From Paecilomyces variotii (Eukaryota): a stretch of 19,627 nucleotides of DNA. Made by a program: the position numbers and the translations under genes. The notes under the pieces were generated by a model that worked only from the letters and a program-made list of their open reading frames with translations, did not search any database and was not told where the DNA came from. The DNA is taken from NCBI GenBank assembly GCA_004022145.1, contig RCNU01000045.1. The stretch is one strand, 5' to 3'. This document shows positions 11,700-19,627 of the stretch, piece after piece; the stretch's first letter is position 1; each line of letters starts with the position of its first letter.

Positions 11700-14600
11700 A
11701 TTTATTACTTATATTCTTTATCTAATATTTTTTATTTTTGGCTTTATTTATAGACTTTTTTAAGATATTTAAGCTAATATTATATGTTTTTTAATTATCT
11801 CTTTTTTTCTTCTTTCTTAATTATTATTAGGCATTTTTAAATTCTTCCCCTTCCCTAAAAAAAGATGCCCTTATTTTAAGTTTATCCTCCTTTTTTTCTT
11901 ATTATAGCACTAATACTTATTTTGTTATTATCCTTCTATTTCTTCTTTTTTTAAACTAACTTTTTATTTAATATTAAACTTGCTTTACTGCTAGCTTTCT
12001 GCTTCTCTTTTTTTAAATTAATATTTTTAGAAGGAGAGTATTAAAACTATAACTATATATTTTAATCTAGGTAGTATTTAATCTATATTATTATTATTAT
12101 TACTTAGTTATTAATTTTCTTGCTTAAGTATTATATTATTATTTATAGCTAGTATTTTATTTTAGTCCTCTTATAAATAATAGCCTTTTAAGTAATTTCT
12201 ATAAATTAGGTCCTTAAAAGGTATATTATCTAATTTTTTAAGCTTATAAGATCTTTTTCTAAGAACTTCTTTAATCCTATATAATCTAAGCTAGCAATAT
12301 GCTAGTTTTGTAGAGTAAGACATCTTAAGCTTTATATTATAAAGCAGAATAAGTTATTCTTTTATTAGTTATTCTTTATAAAGCTATTTTTTATTATTAA
12401 AGACTTTCTTACTAGTTTCTCTTATATATTAAATATAAAATTAGGCCTTTTTTATATCTTAATCTTAGAGCTCTATCTATTATATATAAAAGAGTAAAAG
12501 ATCTTTTATAGTCCTAACCTTATCCTATATTAAAGTCTTTTAGGTAGATATTTCTAGTTTAATTAGTAGTATAATATTATATCCTATAATTACTTTAAAT
12601 AATATTAAGCTTATAAAGGTCTTAACTATATTTCTATCTGCCTAGATTATTGCTAGTAGGTAATTTACTTAATTTATCCTTATTTCTTTTATAAATTTTC
12701 TGATATTATATATAAAGGACTTATATATAACTTTAACTATTTTATTTACTTATAGGTTATACAGCGAGATTTTAATGTAGTTAATTTTATATTTCTATAT
12801 TAATATATTGACTGCGGCTTTATTCTCTAGTTCTCTATTATTAATAAGAGTTTTTATTACTCCTTAATAATAAATCTAGTCTTTTTATAAAAATTTAGCA
12901 ATAGCTTTTAAAGTAGGGCTATTAAGGGCTCTATATTTAATTTAGCCGAAGTTGTCCTAAAATATAGTAATATAAGTCTTTCCCTTATTAGGCGGTATAA
13001 TCTTGCAGATATCTAGATATAGCTTTATTCTCTTTAGTAGAATAAATATCGACTATAAAGCTTCTTCTATATATTCTTTATCTGCTTTCTGGTATTTATT
13101 ATATGTCTTTATTTATCTAATAATATACTTATATAGGCCTTTCTATTAATATTAATTAGCTATCTTTTAGTAGATTACTTTATGCTTATAATATTTATAC
13201 TCTTTATAAAGGGCTGTAAGAATTTTTTTTTATTTTTTTTTATTATTAATAATTATGCGGTAAGGCTGATTTTATTATACTCTCTAGAAAAGTATATTAT
13301 TTTAGACTATATACTTTAGGGCCTCTTTTTTAAACTTAGCATACTATTCTCTATCTATATTGTCTAGTTTTATTATAGTTTATAACTATTCTATAATTAG
13401 TAAAGACTTTTCTGACTAATATAATATAGGTATTAATTAAGGGATATTATCTAATTTTACCTCTTATATACTAGTATAATAGACTACATAAAATTATAAG
13501 TCTAGGAATTTCTCTATATTATTATTTTCTGCTTCTTCTAGATTTTGCTTTATTACTAGCTTCTAAGATAACCTATCTATAATTAAATTCTTTTTCCCTA
13601 ATATATAGATAATATTAAAGTTAAATAACTAAATTTAAGCAATCTACTAAATAATTACTAACTTAGAGAGATCTATAACTATTTTATTCAGTTACGCTAC
13701 TAGAGTTTTTATATCTATTTTTAATTAAAAATATATACTATATAGATATATTTAGAATTTATAAAATACCTTTAGCACTGCCTTATACTTTAGCTTTTCT
13801 TTATTATATTATCTTTTTGCCTATATCTATATTTTACTTTTATATCTAGCTAGGTATCTCTTATTAAACTCCTTTTTTTCTTAAGTAAGTTAAGCCCCCT
13901 ATTTACTGCTATTAGCATTAGTATTAATAATAATTATGCCTTTCTTTTTATAGTTAATTAGCTTAAATACTAGTGCTATTATCAGGGCCATTTTTAAAGT
14001 ATTTATTACTTCTTATTTTTCTGGCCCTTAAAGGAAGTTTTATCTTTTCCTTAATATTAAGTATATTAGCTTAGCTTTAATAATATATCTTTTAATCTAT
14101 ATCTAATAATAAGCTATAATCTCTAAAAATCCTCTTACTTTTTGTAAGTTCTAATAAGGTAATTATTTTAAGATCTTAATTACCTTAACTAACTTAAGAT
14201 ATCTCCCCTTAGTATTATATATATAGCCTACTACTTTAATTCTTAGTATTATAAATTATAATTTCTCTCTAATAATTATTAAACCTATAAGTTTAAGATT
14301 ATATAATATCTTATTAATATTCTAGATATATTTAAATATAAACCTTCTAATCCTCGGCAGTGTCTTTTCCCCCTTATAATTAGTCTTAGGTCCTTATATT
14401 AGTATATTATCTAGAAATATATTATAGATATTAAGAATATTATCTGTTAGTATTTATATAACTCTTTATATAAATTCCTGTATTATATTTATCTATCTTT
14501 AAGATAATTTAGCTTAACAAATTAAACTAATCCCTAGTATATAGAAAGCTATTAAATCCTGCAATTCTTTAGCTAACTCTAACTAATTATACCTAAAGAA

Positions 14601-17600
14601 TAAGTCTATAAGTATTAATACTAGCATTCTATTAAACTCTTCTAAGAACTTATTAAAAGGGAATAGATTAATATTTTATATTATTACTTAATTAACTTCT
14701 ATAGCTATATTAATTAGCTAATATTTATTATTTTTCTTTTTTATTAGGAATTATAAATTTTAATAGGGTCTTTAACTATATTTAAGGATCCCTATATTTA
14801 TTCTTTTTTTTATTATTTCTTATATTATGCTATAGAATACCTTTAGTATTAGGAAGCTCTTTACCTATTATAATTTATAATCTATAGTCTAAATAATAAT
14901 TAGAGGTGCAACTTCTAGGCGTATTTATTTAATTTCTTTAAAAGTCTAGATAAAAACTGCTTTTTAGGTGAAAAGTATCTCTATTAATAGTTCTTTCTTT
15001 TTTAGCTATAAATTATTATCTATAATAAGATTCTTTAGATAGTCCGGTATTAATCTTATTTTTTTTTTAATATCTAATATCTTTAGCTAAATATATTTGG
15101 TAAATTCTTTATATATTTTTTTTATATTTTTTTAGAGGTTCTTATAATAGTGCTCCCTAATAATTTCTTTTTATCTTAATAACCCCCTTAAAGCTATTAT
15201 AGGTTTGTTTAATATATTTACTAAATAAATCTTTTTATATTTCTTCTTATACTATATATTAACAGAATATTTTATTTTTATAGTAAAAAGGTTATACCTT
15301 TTAGACAGTCTATACCCTTATAACCTTCTAACTCCTTTATTTAATTTAGTAGGTTTAAATATCCCTACCCTTTTGCTTTTAATTTCCTCTCTCACTTTAA
15401 AGCTAATATTATTTATTAAGTATAGCTCTTATAGGCCTTCTCTATTCTTAATCTAATACTTATTATTCTTTTTTAGCTTTAGTTTAATAACTCTTATGCC
15501 CGGGATAATAGATTATATAATATTTCTTCCCTTAATTTATTTCTTAGGTTATCTATTAAAAATACTTAAATAATAGTTTAATTCTTTTAGTCTATAAAAT
15601 AAATTATACTCTTTATTATTTTATTTAATAGAGTAATATACTGTAAATATATTTAATACTTAAAAGGTTATCCTAGAATATAATTATAATTAATCTTATT
15701 ATTTATTATAAAGAAAGGGACTTTATAATAAAAAGATCTTATTTATATAGGTACCTCTTTATAGAGATTTATAAAAGGGGTCTGCCCATTATCTGCTAAT
15801 ATTATATTACTTCTAAATTTCTAACTTATAATAAGTTTATAATAATTTGCTATATCTTTATATATTATATTAATTTTGGCTCTACTATTTATTATAATAT
15901 TCTGTGCCTTTTTATAATTATTAATTTTAATTAGCAATCTTAGAGTTATAGCTATATATAGCACTTTATTTTTATTAAGAGGCTTAAGTTATAAGGATGT
16001 ATAAGTATATTAATCTATACTATTTACTATATACTCTATATTTAATATAAAGGTATTAAACTGTACTCCTTTGGCATTATAGAATATTACCTTTATTATT
16101 ACTTACTGTAGTTATAAGGTAAATAAGGCCTTATATAAATTAAGAGATAGACTAATAAGGTCCCAAATTAATATCTGAACTCTAGTATCTAATATCTAGT
16201 TTATAACCCTTATTATATTAGTAGTCCCTTTTAGCTTATTTATAATTTTAAACCTTTTTAATTTCTGCTTCTCTTTTATCTTAATAATTTTTTTATTCTT
16301 ATTTTATTTAGGCGTATCTTTTATTTTTTTTTTAATTATCCTTATTTTCTTAATTATATTTAGAGGCTAATAATTGCCAAATTAGTTTATCTTAATTAAA
16401 AGAAATCTTTATTCTTATTTAATTGCTTTCTATAGCTTTTTTTTATATAATTATTTAATCCTATTTTGCCTTTTTTTTACTCCTTAAGGCTTATTTAATC
16501 TTATTATATTAATAGAGTAGTAATTTTTTATAATATCCCCGGCTTCTTCCTTAAAGCTTAAGTTATCCCTAGGCTGTCCTAGCATAATCAACTAGATATT
16601 ATACCTAATTAAGCTAATATTCCTTTACTCTTCCTTTAGTCTTTATTTAATAATCTCCTTTTATAATATATTCTCCTATATAAGATAAATAACTTCTCTA
16701 TTTTATCTTTTTAGCCTAAAGTAAAATTGCAGTCTTCTCCCTAATAAATAAGTTTCTAATTTAGGAGGCTTTTTAAATCTAGATAATAGGATTAAATATA
16801 ATTAAGAGCCCAGCAGAAATTATATAAATTTAGAGATATTTTAGATTCTTTAGTTAGGTTAAATCTTAAAGGCGCCCTAGCTTATATATTTATGCTAGTA
16901 TTAGGTATATTACTATTAGGCCTTCCTATATACTGCATTCTATATAGTTTTAACTTCTTAAACTCTTTTATTAACTAATTAATCTATAACTATTTTATTA
17001 ACTTTATTTTAATACTCTATTATTTAGTCTTATTCTTATTCTTATTTAGATAGGTTTTATTAAATTTAATAAGAAATTATATATTATCTTCTTTAATTAT
17101 CTTCTTCTTTATTAAAGCTATTATATCTTAATCTTTCTCTAATTTGCCGCTGTTAAAGTAATAAAAGGTTTTAATTATTTTTATCCTATTTATTACCTCC
17201 TTATAGAAATTAGTATATTTAATAATAGATAGAGTATAGTAGTTTATATTAACTTCTAAATAACCTATTATTTAAGCTCCTTTAAAAATCTTTAAAAATA
17301 CTAAACTCCCTGCAAATATTAGCTTAACTTATCTAAAATTATCAGCGCTTTTAATATAGCTTAATATTCTTAGTTATATTTTTTTAAGTCCTTAGAGCTA
17401 TTATATTTTATATTTTTAAATCTTTCTAGCTATTAAATATTATATTTCCTTTAATACTTATTATAATAAGCATATTCTTATTTAGTCGCTTCTACTAATT
17501 TTAGGTAGTTCTTTTTTTTATATTTAGATTAAATATTTATCTATAATAATACTGATAGGCTATAATAATCTATAAATTATTTAGTTTTTTCCTCTTTTAG

Positions 17601-18200
17601 GAGTTAATTTATCTTATATAACCTCTTAAAAAGCCTTAGGTAATAAATAATATTATCCCCTTTAAAATATAATACCCCAGGATTTCTAAGTATTAGTATT
17701 TATAAAGCTAATATAATCTAGATTAGCTATATTATTAATAATCCTATATTTTTAAATACCTAAGCTATTTATATCTCTAGATTTAGTAATATTAAAAAGC
17801 TAGGAGTCTTTTTATCCTAACTAATGCTAAAAAGATTAATACTTTTCTCTATATTTTTTTAAAGGAATAGTAATAAAGATAATAATAAGAAATTCTTCTA
17901 CTTTTTAATAAATAATTCTTATTTAATAATTTCCTATTCTTTCTAAATTTCTGCTTTTTTTTTATATTTATTAAGCTCTTCCTTATTTTTAGCAGTCCTT
18001 TCTTTCTCTTATTATTAATATATATTTTTGCCTTATATTATATTTGCTGTCTCTATTAATTTAAGAGATATATTTATCTCTTTTTATTTATAATAGTAAT
18101 CTTCCTTAGCTATTTTGCTTATCTTTTTACTATTTTTTACTTCTTTTTTTAGTTTTAGCCTTAACCTTAGCTTTTAGTTCTCCTTTCTCCCTTATTTTTA
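11700..18200 (-). pseudogene. gypsy gag-pol relic (ends approximate)
   Basis: Zinc knuckle YNFCWALNYI*SYY (CX2CX4HX4C) 16783-16824. Protease NSR (DSG) 15881-15889 and ILG*PF 15662-15679. RT: PY*NL*FLIKKK (PYRNPWFLVKKK) ~14735-14770, DLFFRYN* (DLFSGYDQ) ~14585-14607, FLDN (FLDD) 14406-14417 followed by GPKTNY...LPRIRRF. RNase H NTNANS (DTDASG) ~13910-13926 to IDRLS (ADGLS) ~13565-13580. Integrase HHCC ~13090-13210, DDE core ~12730-13020, GPY-type motif LRLYRI ~12275-12290. Confidence 0.92.
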
Positions 18201-18219
18201 TTTAATATTTTAATGCCTC

Positions 18220-18237
18220 CTATATTTAGCTCTAATT
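18220..18237 (-). other. Possible primer-binding site of the gypsy element
   Basis: Minus strand reads aat-TAGAGCTAAATATAG right after the 5' LTR. TAG could be a RIPed TGG. The tRNA cannot be identified. Confidence 0.35.
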
Positions 18238-18577
18238 TATTATAAAAAGATATATTAAGACTTAATATAGAGTCTTTAAGTAAGAAGATATTAAAAAGGA
18301 AGAAAAGGGTATTTAGCTTTAGAGCTTAGAGTAGAGCTAGAAAAAAAGCTCTAGCTATAAACTAATATAATAAACTAATAATAATCTGATACTAAACTAA
18401 TACTAAATAATAATAGAAAAGAAAAGCTAATTATTTTATTTTAAATAATTAAAAGATATTATCTCCTTGCTATTCTTCCTCCTCTCCTGCTTTACTTATA
18501 GATTTTTTAAAGACTTTAAGTAAAAGCATATAACCCCTTGACTAATTATATTCTTTACACCGATCCTCCCCACTACA
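18238..18577 (-). repeat. 5' LTR of the gypsy element
   Basis: Direct repeat of 8310-8649; on the + strand it ends ...cctccccactaca. Confidence 0.95.
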
Positions 18578-18581
18578 CTAC
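18578..18581 (+). repeat. 4-bp TSD (CTAC) of the gypsy element, right copy
   Basis: Matches 8306-8309. Confidence 0.85.
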
Positions 18582-19627
18582 TTTATTAATTAAGCTAGCT
18601 ACTAGCGCAGGTAACTACTATTAAAGCCCTTAGAAGTACTAAAATTATATTAATTAGCTCTATTATATAAATTTATAGAAGTATAACTTATATTAAAATA
18701 TATATATATAAACCGCGGAAAAAATAACTTAAAATCCGATTTTTAATAGATCTATATTATTATTAATATTTTCCTATATTTAGATTATTAAAAATAGTGC
18801 AATAGAACTAGAGAAATAAGGAGAGAATAGCTTAATATATAAGTAAAGCAGATAGAAGTTAGCGAAAATAAGAAATACTTTAAATCTCCCGAGTAAAAAT
18901 ATTAAAATAAAGCTAATATTAGATAAATTTATATAATAAGTATATCTTAATAGTAATTTTTTATTACTATTATAGCTACGCCTAAATATATAGATTTATA
19001 TAATAAACTTTATATAGTTTAAAATAAGCCTTTTTATAAGAGAAGATATTATTATAAATTAAGGCTATAATACTAATATTATAAACTATTAAGACTAAGT
19101 TAAAATAATAAGATAACTAGATCTATATATAATAATTAAATTAGCTAATTATATAATATATAGCTATTAAGATTAAGATATTAAGATAACTTAGTAGAAT
19201 AAATAGATAAATAAATAATCTCCTTAAAGAATAGAAGTTAAATAGATTAATAATTTATTCTAATTACTATTAAACTTAATCTTTAACTCTATTACTTATA
19301 GATTACTACTTACCTGTATCTTAACCTCTTATCTTATATCTTATTTAACTAGTTTAACTAGTTACTCTTATTAAAGAGCTTTCTCGCCTTAACTCTTTAT
19401 ATATAAATAATATAATATAATATACCTCTACTTATATTAGGAGACTAATAAAATAGCTTAGAGATAAACAGATATATAGTATATAAGCTACTTAAACTAA
19501 AGAAGTAATAAAGGCTAAAGGAGGTAAATACTATAGTATATTTACTCTAGTACTATAATCTATATAGGCTTATAAAATTAACTATCTTATATATATAAGT
19601 AAGCTATTAAATCTATATAAGCAAATT
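18582..19627 (-). mobile_element. Continuation of the RIPed host sequence: probable gag start or 5' leader of copia-A, possibly its 5' LTR, then unassigned repeat DNA
   Basis: The CTAC TSD makes it contiguous with 8305 before insertion, and it has the same RIP composition. No partner LTR is present in the window to fix boundaries. Confidence 0.45.

Larger units (their letters stand above)
8310..18577 (-). mobile_element. Full-length RIP-inactivated Ty3/gypsy LTR retrotransposon, 10268 bp, probably Ylt1-like (non-chromoviral)
   Basis: 340-bp LTRs with TG..CA ends and a short terminal inverted repeat (TGTTGTGGG / CCCACTACA), a 4-bp TSD, a PPT, and minus-strand domain order gag knuckle - PR - RT - RH - INT. 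The clade assignment is an inference from the 4-bp TSD and the FLDD...GPK...GIRRF RT signature. Confidence 0.93.
1..19627. other. RIP-degenerated AT-rich transposon block (fungal heterochromatin-like)
   Basis: CpA and TpG are nearly absent, CpG is scarce and TpA is abundant. Both LTR pairs differ only by transitions, with no indels in my manual alignment. Conserved retroelement motifs reappear when TAT, TAA, TAG and AAT are read back as CAT/TGT, CAA/CGA/TGG and GAT. Confidence 0.93.

Noticed and set aside
16181-16195. ILDTR (LDTG-like) as the gypsy protease active site
   Set aside because: The context (ILDT.V...RDL..LS..L.KAL) fits the helical segment that precedes the protease. The DSG relic at 15881-15889 has the right spacing to ILG*PF.
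18948-18972. 10-bp perfect inverted repeat taatagtaat / attactatta with a 5-nt loop
   Set aside because: Such hairpins are expected by chance in TA-saturated sequence, and no functional context is visible.
1-19627. Organellar, endosymbiont or alternative-genetic-code (TAA/TAG = Gln) genome as the explanation for AT richness and in-frame stops
   Set aside because: There are no rRNA, tRNA or housekeeping genes. Catalytic residues are also destroyed by transitions (YVDD>YINN, DSG>NSR), and the LTR pairs differ only by transitions, which is the RIP pattern.

Overview
This window is an extremely AT-rich block of fungal-type (probably ascomycete) repeat DNA with no intact gene. It has been heavily mutated by RIP (repeat-induced point mutation: C>T/G>A changes, very few CpA/TpG, excess TpA). 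Reversing those transitions by eye shows three nested LTR retrotransposons, all on the minus strand. (1) An outer Ty1/copia relic (copia-A) has gag and protease at ~6735-8305 and integrase at 1-1400; it continues beyond the left edge. (2) A complete 5.3-kb Ty1/copia (copia-B, 1406-6729) sits between copia-A's protease and integrase; it has 273-bp LTRs, a TTTAT target-site duplication (TSD) and non-canonical TG..CT ends. (3) A complete 10.3-kb Ty3/gypsy (8310-18577), probably Ylt1-like, sits in copia-A's 5' gag region; it has 340-bp LTRs and a 4-bp CTAC TSD. The most interesting observation is a fossil extra reading frame of about 950 codons (~11560 to ~8680) between the gypsy integrase and the 3' LTR. 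It could be unknown cargo or an ORF3. RIP damage is also polarised across the LTR pairs. Ancestral (de-RIPed) peptides quoted below are my manual reconstructions, not database hits.
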